Assembly (NCBI GenBank): GCA_976226885.1
Contig: OZ320321.1
Coordinates: forward strand, 15,066,001-15,130,000
Length of the DNA: 64,000 nt
From: Iphione sp. A-MEVVRFRX5
Taxonomy: Eukaryota
Direction: 5' to 3'
Shown: piece after piece, positions 39,971 to 52,283 of the stretch
Layout: every line of letters begins with the position of its first letter
How positions within the stretch are numbered: position 1 is the stretch's first letter
Notes under the pieces: generated by a model
What the model saw: the letters and a program-made list of their open reading frames with translations, nothing else
What the model was told of the DNA's origin: nothing
Database searches by the model: none
Position numbers and translations under genes: made by a program

Positions 39971-41815
39971 GGAATGGAAATTGATTGGTTTGTAGACTAC
40001 TTACAGAGTTGTGGGCACAGAGTTAGGGTAATTGGGTCTCTGTATTCTGTTAAGACTGTAAAATGTGGGGTACTTTTTGCTTTATTCTCTCATTTAATGC
40101 TTTTAAAATACTACACATTTCAATAATATTTGATCTCACACCTGCCAAGGAAGCTGTCCAGTGTTGTTGATGTTCGGCAGGTATCTGGTTGATTTTTCAC
40201 TTACTGCAACTGTTTTCAAATGTTTCTACTCACTTGACCTTTAGGCATTCACAAAACTACCCAGGATGCATTACCTCTATAAACTATACTTTTAGTCTTA
40301 TGCATTACTAATTGAAATAATTCTTTTAGTAATACATGAACATATCATGAAGGCATAAGACAAGGGCATCAGATAATGCATGATGTCACCCCCTCTCATA
40401 GTGAATATAGCCATTGATTCTTGGTAACTGTACAGACTAAATTTAATGGATGGACCTTTGTTTGAAGGTCCCAATACTAAAGTCCTCCCACCCCAAGGGC
40501 ATTTTATCCCATGGTCGGCTACCCTGGTAATTCAGTGTATTGGAGATATTATTTGTATAGAGCAAGGATGGCAAATGAACCTATGCAAGATGAAGTGAAA
40601 ACATAATTCTACATAGTTCCACATAATGTTACCACTTTATTACTATTAACTAGGTCTTTCTGACTGTATTGATCAATTTTGCAGCTATCACTTCTCATCT
40701 ACCATGAACTAGCTAGTCATCTACATTCTAATGAGTTGGCTGCTGATGCAATACACTTGCCATGTTTAGAGTAACAACTGTTGGTAGAGCTATTTCTGTG
40801 AAATATGATGCATCATATGTGTACAGGTAGGTACAAGAATTACACAGTTATTCATGATTAACAATCAGGTGATAAATTCTAGAATATAATACTGACATCA
40901 GAAAAAATGATGAGTAGATAAATATATACATAACTGCTAGGCATGATAGCAACACACAAGATTAGATAGCAGTTGTGATTAAGACAATACCTGTTACATA
41001 GCAAGAGCCCCCTCAGGGTGAGAAACATCGGTAAAGTGCTACATGCTCTACAATAAAAGAAGAGAGGGCTGACCTACCTGTAATATCTAGAGTTGGAGAC
41101 CCCTAGGGCTCCTGAACTAAGACAGACTAACCGCCTACTATACCATATTTCTATAAATTGCTGACAGCAAAGAAACTTATTATTCTGCAATTCATTGATA
41201 AATTATTTACTTTGATAGGATTAGATAATCAAAATGTCAAAAAAAATACATTTACAAGCATATTTACATGAAGTAGCATGTGCAGTTTATCAATACTGTA
41301 AGACCCCACTTTGACAAAAGGAATGAACTCAGTAATGGGTGCAGCAATGGGCTATGCTGCTGTCTAAATATGAACTGTGAGAGTCAATAACTGATACAAA
41401 TGTTTGACAGGATATTAGCTAGATTTTGAGCCAATACACTGATGATTTGGTTCAATCTGCTTGTTCAAACTTGTGAGTTCTTCTAGAAGACAACCGAGCT
41501 AGCCATTGACAGTTGGTTAAGTTGTGCCTGCATATATGTCACTCATGGAGTTTTGATGGGTTCTGCCTAATAATTCAAATTGCTGTCTTCATTTTTTCAG
41601 TTTTTAGCATCTGACTGAAGAACTTACATTTGTAGAAAGGACTTGGATTTCATTAGTTATCCTTACGCTGGTTCATGTGTAATATGCACAACAACAAGTA
41701 TAATTTGATTGATATCTTTAGACAAAAATGATTCACACATCCTTTCTATAAACATCTTTTTTTAAATAGTGGATGATCCATTCTCTTAACAATTCCAAGC
41801 AGCATACCTGCTAAT

Positions 41816-43126
41816 ATGAAATTAATTCAAGTCAAAAAGACTTATTTTTTCATAATATTCAAACTGATCACCTTGTTGTCACTTTGTTTTATATGTATAA
41901 TTACTTGGACAGTTACAAGAAAAATCTCCCTGCAGCCTTCAGTGCATGTCCATGTAGAATTACCTGAATTGAAAAAGGAAAGTATAAGTTGTTCCAAATT
42001 ATTTGATGGGGATGAAAAGGAGATTTTAAGGGCAGAACAACTGAGGAATAGTAAAAAGTTTTTTCCATCTGATTTGACCGTGTATAGACTAGCAAGGAAC
42101 TGTTCTGCTTTGCGGACACTGGGATATGCAAGCAGACCTCTCTCATCAGAGGAAGAGTCTTATCCAATTGCATTTGTTATATTGATGCATGAAAAAACAT
42201 TTCAGGCAGAAAGGCTTTTACGTCTGCTTTACCAACCACAGAATTACTACTGCTTACACATTGACCGAAAAGCTAAAAGAGAAGTACACCTTGCAATGGG
42301 AGCTATAGCAGCTTGTTTTCCAAATGTGTTTCTGTCATCTAAATTAGAAACTGTTATTTATGAACATTTTAGTTCACTCCAGGGTGATCTCAACTGCATG
42401 TCTGACTTAATAAAAAGGGCAAGTGATTGGAAATATCTGATTAATTTAGCAAGTAGTGTTCTGCCTCTCAAGACAAATCTAGAGATGGTTAAAGTGATGA
42501 AGATCTACAATGGAGCAAATGATATTGAAGGAAAGTCAAGTTATGCATTGCCAAAATATTCTTATAGACATAAATCCTATTATGTATGGCTTTTTGGCTG
42601 GGCTGTACCTATATACAAAAAATCTCCTCCTCCTTTTGGTATCAAGATCCAGCATGGTAGTACCTATGGGATATTCAGTCGCCAATATATAGAATTTATT
42701 TTCCATGATAAGCGGGCAAGAGCTCTATTAGAGTGGCTTAAGCACTGTTATGCACCTGATGAACAGTTCTTCACCAGCCTCCATCACTTGGAAAACAATG
42801 CAGACTTGCACACTCCAGGTGGTTATTATGGTGACCCAGGTAAGAAGGAATATTTGGCCAGTCATTCTGTGTGGCGTAATAAATACAACACTTGTGGTGG
42901 GAAATGGTCAAAACACCACATTTGTTTATTTGGTACAAGAGACTTGCACCATCTGGCAAAAAGGAAGGAATTCTTTGCAAACAAATTTGATCCAGAGTTT
43001 GATGACATTCCAGAAATGTGCATTAGTGAATGGCTTGCTAACAAGACAGCTGGAAAAAGTGCAATGATAGATTTGTCATTTTATAGAAATCTGAAGTTTG
43101 TATTTCCTACAAAGTCCAGTGTTTAA
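41816..43126 (+). CDS. Core-2/I-branching beta-1,6-N-acetylglucosaminyltransferase-like (GT14/GCNT family), copy A, 436 aa, single coding exon
   Basis: Type II N-terminal TM anchor; motifs YPIAF, RLLRLLYQPQNYYCLHID, DLNCMSDL, WKYLINL..PLKTNLEMV, PDEQFF (catalytic Glu316), C..G..D, FANKFD. Confidence 0.95.
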   Translation: MKLIQVKKTYFFIIFKLITLLSLCFICIITWTVTRKISLQPSVHVHVELPELKKESISCSKLFDGDEKEILRAEQLRNSKKFFPSDLTVYRLARNCSALRTLGYASRPLSSEEESYPIAFVILMHEKTFQAERLLRLLYQPQNYYCLHIDRKAKREVHLAMGAIAACFPNVFLSSKLETVIYEHFSSLQGDLNCMSDLIKRASDWKYLINLASSVLPLKTNLEMVKVMKIYNGANDIEGKSSYALPKYSYRHKSYYVWLFGWAVPIYKKSPPPFGIKIQHGSTYGIFSRQYIEFIFHDKRARALLEWLKHCYAPDEQFFTSLHHLENNADLHTPGGYYGDPGKKEYLASHSVWRNKYNTCGGKWSKHHICLFGTRDLHHLAKRKEFFANKFDPEFDDIPEMCISEWLANKTAGKSAMIDLSFYRNLKFVFPTKSSV

Positions 43127-44229
43127 CTTTAATATCTATTGTTTATGTATGTAGTATAGCTGAATTGAATAACTAGTACTGGTGTAGATTTTTGTGCATT
43201 CATATCATATGATAGATCATTTCTTTGCTTTGTGACTGTGACATGTTTCCCTGGATGTCTGACATAAATGATAGTATTTATGTACCTTATTCTTTAAAAT
43301 CATTTGGTACTGCATTCTTTTACTGTGCCATCTTGTAGTACACAGCTGAAACAGAATAATGAATGACTATGAGCTATTTGAGCATCCTTTTCATCCCCCC
43401 CCCTCCCCTTTACCAGTCAAACTTGATTGGATAGTGCGGGTAACTAATGGCAGCTGTGAATTTAGATGTGTAAACTTAAGGTAACCACTAGGAGAGATTT
43501 ATTTGTATGTCATATATATATGCTTATCAGCATTCTGTATTTACCATTATGGATCTTCATGATGACCCTCTTCTTAGGCAGTAACAGAACAATTTATTCA
43601 TGAAACAATTCATATTGTATGGTGAACATTGGATCAAAAATTGCAAAACTGTGTTCCTTGAGAGCTCACTAGAAACAAAATTAGATGAAAATAGTGTTTC
43701 AACCCTTAGAATTTTAATCAGCACTCAATGCATTGTGGCAACTACAGGCAGGTTGTGGCTATTGCAAGACTGCAATTAGGCAAATTTACATAACTTACTC
43801 TGCTGACTCCAAGTCTAGCTCAAGAATCCAAGCCATACAATTGCTAGCTAATAAATTTATGACTGTATGCTGCTAACTCTACTCTTGAGAACTGTATCTA
43901 TATTCTCTAAATAAAAAGATAAAGAAAATATATGATTTGTCAAGACTCCTTCACTAAAACAATACATTCTTTTCAGTAACATGGTTTGTCTTGAAAGGTA
44001 TCAAGTCTCTTCCATTTTCCTTTCTCTCTTTTTCTCTCCTCTCTTGGTTTTTCCTTCTTTCTGTCTTTCTTTCTTTCTCTCTCCCTTTGCTTTCTTTGTG
44101 TAGTCATGTTTTCTCTATTGATGAAGATCAGTTAATCCTTGAGGTGGACCTAAATAGCTCACAAAATCAAGTTTTTCTGTGCAAGAATTGGATTTATTTA
44201 AAATGCTGGGCATGGCTCTGTGTCTGACT

Positions 44230-45720
44230 CTTCTATGATCAGAGCAGAGTCAGGAAATGAGGGCTTTAGCCACAAGATGTCTTATGTCTTCTCTGTGCAG
44301 AAGTCTCTGATGTTCTTGAACACATACTATTGTCTCTTGGTGGACAAACCAGGGGAAGGAACAGGTAGGGGGGATTGGTTCTTGGGGAAAGCTTGGGGAT
44401 AATTCTTTGAAAGTGTGTGGCTGGCTGTCTGCATACTGGTGGAAGGAATTAACCCTAGCATTCTGGTCTGAGAACTCAAAATGATGATGCTGCTTAATAC
44501 TTTGCAAATGCTGGACAAAAGATGTATAGAAACTTTTTCAGTCATATGATGGCACTTCAACTTTTCCTAGCTCATTGCCAATGACTTAGGGAATGTTTAC
44601 CTGACCCTGGGTACTCTTCAGTACTGTCTGAGATAACTCTGATAGGCTAAAGACAGGCTCCTACCAAAACTTCAGTTTCAGCAAACCAAACCACCAGTCA
44701 GGGGCAAACTTCATGTGGCTAGTAAAAAGAAAGTTAAAGGGGATTGTTCTGTGATCACCAGTCAGGACCCTCCACATGAGAACAGCTAGCACATAATTGT
44801 TCTTATTTTAGCCACTGCAGTTGGCACAGTGCAGATCAACAGAGTATGGCCCAAGATCAAACTTAGGAGATGAGAGGCATTGGCTTCCTTACTGCCACAG
44901 TGTCCCTCATCTATGAGAGAGTTGACTTGCTTGGTTATAGTCTCATTACACATTCCAAAGATGTCCACTTTTTGCAAGCTAGGAAATACAGTGGACCTGG
45001 CTGCATTTGGAAAGAGGGCAGGTGGACCTGCTGGGTATAGTAAAAACTGATGTGGGTAGCTATGTTGACAGACCAGGGTGGGTGTTGACCAAGGGTAGGG
45101 GACTTCCCGGTAGGCAGCCTTAACACTCTTCACCATATTCTGATAAAATGTCTTTTGCCCTGTTACTGCCTCCAGATGTCTCTATTGTCTCTTTAGTATT
45201 GCCACCTTGTCTACCTCAGGGAGATTACTAGATGAGGAAATGTTCCTGAAGTTACAGTGACACTCCCAATACAGGTCAGTCCTGGGGCAGGAACAAACTA
45301 TACAGGGGAGAAATTGCAGCCACAGGTTCCAGAAAGTAGAGTCTGCTAAACACCTATACTGAGACTTCTCTATGGCTGCACAATACAGTTTGTAGATATA
45401 GGCCTTGATTGCAGATGAGGGGAGGAGGAAAATGTCATCTTGTTTGTGGGTAACTACATGTCAGAGGGTACAAGGTCGTTGGTCTCTGCATATGAAGTGA
45501 TGAACCCTATAACTCTCTCAACATCAGCGACATGGGGTGTGTGCTGCCAGCCCTCTTAACATGGGGGACAATGCCGTTGTCCTTATACCATTGTATAATG
45601 TTGGCAATATTGTTCAGGCTGATGCTGGAAGGTAAACTGAAACACCCTTAACATCTAACCAAGAGAGGAAGGCAATCTATGCAGTTAGGTTGTAACGTCT
45701 AATTTGTGGGTGGTTACATA
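44230..45720 (-). pseudogene. Decayed DUF7869-like DDE/D transposase (Sola/Zator-like; superfamily uncertain), copy A
   Basis: Frameshifted pieces WYKDNGIVP, DVERVIGFITSYAE, DIFLLPSS, STFWNLW..PRTDLYWEC, HISFYYTQQVHLPSFQMQPGPLYF, QVNSLIDEG..GSKE, LHCANCSG, IKQHHHF, PGLSTKRQ*YVFKNIRDFC. Confidence 0.7.
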
Positions 45721-46709
45721 ATCCAAATTCATGACTACTCTGACATACTTATCTATTTACCCATACTGTTATCACTATAAATGCCTGTAAGTTACATTCA
45801 TATGGCACCTGGAAGGAAATAAAAGTACAAAGATGAATGATACTCATGCATACATTAATTTAAAGGTGTCCCTATAGATGGCCTTGGAACCAACCATGTA
45901 GTGGCTGCATGGAACAGGTCTCTCATGTTTCCCCTTCTCCCCCTTCTTCCACATTGATGTCATGGCACTAATATCAGTGACAGTGCTTATTATGCCTTGC
46001 AGTAGCATGTCCTTCTCCCCCAGAAATGATGGGTATACATGAGATCCATTAGACATGGATAGGATTGACATGGGAATGTTTTTTTTGCATGAGTGAAACT
46101 GACAACTTGACAATAATGTTCAGCAGACATCAAATTAAAGTGATCTTCTGAGCTACACATCTTTACTAAAATTTGTATAATGGTTGCTGCTAGTCTTAAT
46201 AAGCATTACAATAAGTTTGGGGAACAATAAGTACCTGAGGACAGCTGAAAAACTTCCTGCCATCACTCAGCCAACTCAGTCACCATGATCTGTTTACTGC
46301 AGCTGTCATCATTATACTGCTTGCAAGAACACCTACATCAAATGTTCACATAATTAGTTTCCCAGGGTTTGAGAAATTCTAAAATAGCCTGAAATACAAA
46401 TAAAATAATGGTGAAAAGCTATTCTAACATGTTCATGAGATACTTCAGAATGTCCATGAGGATTTACAAATACAGAGGTGATGTTTGACCTATTGTCAAA
46501 GGTGGACCCTCTGTCAGAGATATCGGTTAGGGTCATGGTAGGCCTTATGTCAAAGGTAGACCTTATGTCAAAGGTAGATGTCAAAGGAAGGCCTCTTTCT
46601 AAGGGTACCTTCCTGCAAAGGCTGGATCCACCTTTTGAGCCAGGGCTGGCATGAATTCCTAAAGTGGGGAAATTTTGAAGAGATGTGTGTAAGAGTTGGT
46701 AACTTAACA

Positions 46710-49238
46710 CTTGTCATAAATTGGTTTATCTCTTATGCCAATTTATACATATTCATGCTATCTCACTAGAGGTCAGGTGGTAGCCATTACAGTACAAACA
46801 GATGTATCAATGCCATTAACAACTGTATGGTATTGTAACATGTCGATCATCGTCAGGCCGGATGGCCACCGCGAAATAAAGAACTTCCACACAGAATATG
46901 CGTTGTTGCTCTCACTTCCAAGTCCGGATGAGAACTGTCTTTATTCAGGAAATCAGTGCCCTTATATACAGAGTCTGGCTCTAAAATTAGCCATGGTACA
47001 GTCTTAAAAATAGTAACACCCTCCCCCAGAGATCTTTCTGGAGGGGTGCTTCTGGAACCTTCCATAGTACATACTACCTTTCTCTCCAGAATCCTTCTGG
47101 AGAGATCCTCTCTAGAACCTTCCGAGCTATGCTCAGTACACACGTACTCCCTCCTAGGGGAGTTTCTAGAATGTTCTTCCCACCCCACGCCACCGGTGGC
47201 TGTCTCGGAGGACTATCCTCCGAATACCCTTTCGGAGGAAACACTCTCAATGCGCATTTTGTTCATACCAAACACCGAAACGCTACAGTATGGTAGATCA
47301 AACCATGGACAGGGAAACCTGATTCTTGTCCTAGACTTTGCAGTGAGCTGATTGTGTGCAAAGGTCATGGCATAAATCATGTCTTGGTCATCCAAGACCA
47401 TAAGATGTAGTTGAAGCTTCAGTAGATCTTTATTTCATGACTGTGCAGAAGACAATTCAGGGGCTTAAGTATCAAGGTCCTCCTCCAGTGGGATGAAGTG
47501 ATCTGAGAGTCACAGTGGTACTGTGCCCGTTTCCTGTCTCAGGACTAAATGTATCCAAGACACAGAGGATCAGATGGTAGGTTGTAGCTATTGTTTACAG
47601 GACACATCCACTTCCATAGAGGTTGTTGGCATATGGGGGCAGTGCAAGCATCGCAGGACACCAGTATCCCTGTTTGTCCTGGCCAAGGTACATAATGCTA
47701 AAGGACATAGTTGGAAGATTACCACACACATGTATGCACCAGAAAGGTTAATTATTCAGCTAAGCCGCTATTTTGGTTCATTAACATTTTTCCATTAGCA
47801 TTACATTTGAGATCACTCTGTTAAATTTGACCATACTAGGGGCCCATTCCTAAGCCCAGGTCGATGTCCACACAAGCAAATGCAGGGTTTTAGCAACAGT
47901 AATACTAAACACTTGACATATCTGGACACAGTGTCTTGGATTTTAAGGTTCCAAATGATTCACTCCAATGAATCAGAGTGAACACAATTTGGTGGAGCTT
48001 TAGATCCTCACTGAAAAAGGAGTGGAATTTTCCTTCCAACAGACCATAGTCAGTATCGGCTTTGGAGCTAGCTACTGTTACAAATGCATGATCAACACAC
48101 TGCTCATGACAGCAATGTCGGATGAATTGGGATTGCTCCCCAAGGCCAGATTCATGAAGGGCATTGCTTTGTAAAAGGGATGATGTCAGCAGACTCCATA
48201 TAGCTTACATTACCAGGAGGAAAAAGACAAAGGAAGGGAAGACAGCACAACCCATGACATGACTATTTCTTAAAATGACAGATCAGAAAAGACTCATCCT
48301 CAATGGCATGAGCTAGTTCTTTAAAGCACCTAATACAATCAATATCATATACCAAGCCGCTGAAACACCACCTAACACTACTACTTCATCTTCACCTGAG
48401 ACTATCATGGGCAGAACTTCAAAAACATAATAACTGAAACTTACTAAAACTGCCCCCCAGGTTCCCTTTGTGAGAGTACAATAGAACATCATCACTTTTA
48501 AGCCATTCACCACAAATTACATGGCATTCAAGGTGGATGGAGTCTCCAGACCAGGTCAATCCTTCACTGATGACCACATAGCCATGTCCTGCACAGCCTT
48601 GTTTGACACCCTCCCACCCTGGCATCAAGGAGAAGTCACAGCAATCGCTGAGGATGAGTTTAGGAGTGGTTACACATTTCCCATCTTTGATCTGAACAAA
48701 GAGAAGAGGAACTGGCCTCTCTCCATTGAAGTTGGGAAATACCAGACTCACTGTAAAGTTTGCTACAGCTCTGTCCACCACTGTCAAATTACTGGTTTAT
48801 GGAACCTTCCTTGCCATGGTGAACATAGTCTTGGCATATAATGTAGAGCTGGTCACTTAACCACTGTGTGTACTGGACATGGACAATTTCCTGACTGGAA
48901 ACCATTTTCATGTGGGAGTGGACTCTCCAACAAACAGTCCTGTGAATTCTTTAATTCATTGGAGACACCACTCCATCATTATCATCTATGACTTAATCAT
49001 AGTCAATGCTACTGATAGTTATGTTCATGCTAATAGAAGAATACAAGGAAGTAATCCTGTCTGTGGTTATTATTGTCTTGATTATATTAACAAGAGAACA
49101 GACAGTATCTTACTGCAGTACTCTATCGAAAGTTACCATGTTAATGGACTGTATTTGAATGACCTAAATGTTGTTGAGGGAGTGATTAATATATATGTAT
49201 GTGAGGATCCATCCATACCTGTAAAACTGCCTTCTTGA
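46710..49238 (+). mobile_element. Polinton/Maverick relic, copy B (possible penton tail, major capsid ~47520-48850, adenain-like protease 48879-49238)
   Basis: TSTSIEVVGIW; QKRLILNGMS; FKPFTTNYMAFKVDGVSRP; AEDEFRSGYTFPIFDL; LSIEV; protease H/Q/C motifs. Multiple stops and frameshifts. Confidence 0.8.
46834..47287. mobile_element. 454-bp solo LTR
   Basis: TGTAACA...CGCTACA termini (TG..CA); 4-bp TSD GTAT at 46830-33 and 47288-91; empty site AACTGTATG-GTAT-GGTAGATC in the paralogous copy at ~61420-61440. Confidence 0.9.
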
Positions 49239-49854
49239 GGTGTGCATTCAATGATGAATAATATTATGTCTTATATTATCTTATCTTATCTTGTGCAGGA
49301 TTTGATTTTCATCTCTGTTTGCAGTATTAGGAAGATATTGTAGATTGACCACCTGTCATGGAGAAAGAAAATGATGAAAAAGTGCTAATTCCTATATCAG
49401 TTACGTATATATACACATACAAAAGAAATTACAAAACATTTCATTTAATATATATGTCCATATAAGTATTATATATATGTTGTCACAACGTATTGTTATT
49501 GTAACCAAGCAACTTATGTATGTATGCATGTCTATGTCTTGTATCTACACACTCTGCCTTGAAAATTTTACTTACAAAAGAAATTATGAAATATTTCATT
49601 AAAAATATATATATGTATATATCAATGTAAGCAAAGGTTACATCAATAAATGCTTTAGATGATACTTCTGTGTTTATGTGTTTTCCACTGGAAGACAGAT
49701 ATAAATGCATACAGTTGGTGGATTCACTTACATTAGATGTTGGAACATTTTTTCAGTTGGATTCTCCAGTGGGGGTCAAAAAATGAAATGAAAATTATGG
49801 AGGTATCAAATCATTACTTTCATGTCACTATAACCGTTTTGTAAAACATCAACC

Positions 49855-50270
49855 ACCTACTCCATCCCAAGCTCCATCACATGCTTAGCCACATAATCCA
49901 CCACACAGTTCACCACAAGCTCCACCACATGCTTTACTACATGCACCATATGCTAACCACATGTTTCAAAACATGCTCCAACACTTTTATCCACCACATG
50001 CTGTACCATAATATTATGCTTCACAATATGCTTCACCACATACTCCACCATATGCAACACATCCTCCAACTCATGCTCCACCAAATACTTAACCACATGC
50101 TCCACCACATGCTGCACCATATGCAAAAGCATATGCACTACATACTCCAACACATGCTCCACCATGTGCGCTACCACATGCTTTGCCACATGCTCCCCTA
50201 CACAGACCACATGCTCTACCACATGCTCCACCACATGCTCCCCTACGTGTACCACATGCTTCACCACATG
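49855..50270 (+). repeat. Degenerate 12-bp CCACCACATGCT repeat, copy B
   Basis: As copy A, with extra units. Confidence 0.85.
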
Positions 50271-50274
50271 CAAA

Positions 50275-50535
50275 AAGGAGCACTGGAATTGCACTGGCAA
50301 TATTAACAATTAAAATATATGATAGGCTAAACAACAATAAATCAATAGGGTGTATTTATATAGATTGTAAGAAGGCTTTTGATTCTGTTAATCATGAAAT
50401 ATTAATGCATAAGTTAAAACAACTGGGGATGGGAATGGAAATTGATTGGTTTGTAGACTACTTACAGAGTTGTGGGCACAGAGTTAGGGTAATTGGGTCT
50501 CTGTCCTCTGTTAAGACTGTAAAATGTGGGGTACC
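50275..50535 (+). pseudogene. Internal fragment of a non-LTR (CR1/L2/Jockey-type) reverse transcriptase; shorter copy at 39971-40073
   Basis: STGIAL...IGCIYIDCKKAFDSVNHEILMHKL...WFVDYL...RV....S....VKCGVP; truncated at both ends. Confidence 0.85.
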
Positions 50536-52283
50536 TTTTGTTTATTCTCTCATTTTATGCTTTTAAAATACTACACATTTCAATAATGTTTGATCTCACA
50601 CCTGCCAAGGAAGCTGTCCAGTGTTGTTGATGTTCGGCAGGTATCTGGTTGATTTTTCACTTACTGCAACTGTTATCAAATGTTTCTACTCACTTGACCT
50701 TTAGGCATTCACAAAACTACCCGGGATGCATTACCTCTATAAACTATACTTTCAGCCTTATGCATTACTAATTGAAATAATTCTTTTAGTAATACATGAA
50801 CATATCATGAAGGCATAAGACAAGGGCATCAGATAATGCATGATGTCACCCCATCTCATAGTGAATATAGCCATTGATTCTTGGTAACAGTACAGACTAA
50901 ATTTAATGGATGGACCTTTGTTTGAAGGTCCCAATACTAAAGTCCTCCCATCCCAAGGGCATTTTATCCCATAGTCGGCTACCCTGGTAATTCAATGTAT
51001 TGGAGATATTATTTGTATAGAGCAAGGATGGCAAATGAACCTATGCAAGATGAAGTGAAAACATAATTCTACATAGTTCCACATAATGTTACCACTTTAT
51101 TACTATTAACTAGGTCTTTCTGACTGTATTGATCAATTTTGCAGCTATCACTTCTCATCTACCATGAACTAGCTAGTCATCCACATTCTAATGAGTTGGC
51201 TGCTGATGCAATACACTTGCCATGTTTAGAGTAACAACTGTTGGTAGAGCTATTTCTGTGAAATATGATGCATCATATGTGTACAGGTAGGTACAAGAAT
51301 TACACAGTTATTCATGATTAACAATCAGGTGATAAATTCTAGAATATAATACTGACATCAGAAAAAATGATGAGTAGATAAATATATACATAACTGCTAG
51401 GTATGATAGCAACACACAAGATTAGATAGCAGTTGTGATTAAGACAATACCTGTTACATAGCAAGAGCCCCCTCAGGGTGAGAAACATCAGTAAACTGCT
51501 ACATGCTATACAATAAAAGAAGAGAGGGCTGACCTACCTGTAATATCCAGAGTTGGAGACCCCTAGAGCTCCTGAACTAAGACAGACTACCCGCCTACTA
51601 TACCATATTTCTATAAATTGCTGACAGCAAAGAAACTTATTATTCTGTCATCATCGCAATTCATTGATAAATTATTGACTTTGATAGGATTAGATAATCA
51701 AAATGTAAAAAAAATACATTTATAAGCATATTCACATGAAGTAGCATGTACAGTTTATCAATACTGTAAGACCCCACTTTGACAAAAGGAATGAACTCAG
51801 TAATGGGTGCAGCAATGGGCTATGCTGCTGTCTAAATATGAACTGTGAGAGTCAATAACTGATACAAATGTTTGACAGGATATTAGCTAGATTTTGAGCC
51901 AATACACTGATGATTTGGTTCAATCTGCTTGTTCAAACTTGTGAGTTCTTCTAGAAGACAACCGAGCTAGCCATTGACAGTTGGTTAAGTTGTGCCTGCA
52001 TATATGTCACTCATGGAGTTTTGATGGGTTCTGCCTAATAATTCAAATTGCTGTCTTCATTTTTTCAGTTTTTAGCATCTAACTGAAGAACTTACATTTG
52101 TAGAAGGGACTTGGATTTCATTAGTTATCCTTACGCTGGTTCATGTGTAACATGCACAACAACAAGTATAATTTGATTGATATCTTTAGACAAAAATGAT
52201 TCACACATCCTTTCTATAAACATCTTTTTTGAAATAGCGGATGATTCATTCTCTTAACAATTCCAAGCAGCATACCTGCTAAT

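Larger units (their letters stand above)
38350..47800 (+). repeat. Segmental duplication unit 1 (matches 48610-61950 at ~98% by eye, excluding insertions)
   Basis: Colinear near-identity: offset 10468 at the GT14 ORFs, ~14580 after the piggyBac, 14141 after the solo LTR. Boundaries approximate. Confidence 0.9.

Noticed and set aside
39686-40126. His/Met-rich metal-binding protein (also 49881..50306 and the antisense VEHV ORFs)
   Set aside because: Alternative frames of a 12-bp repeat; runs into RT debris; length differs between copies.
41913-43067. Overlapping and antisense ORFs on the GT14 genes
   Set aside because: Shadows of the main ORF; several are broken differently in the two copies.
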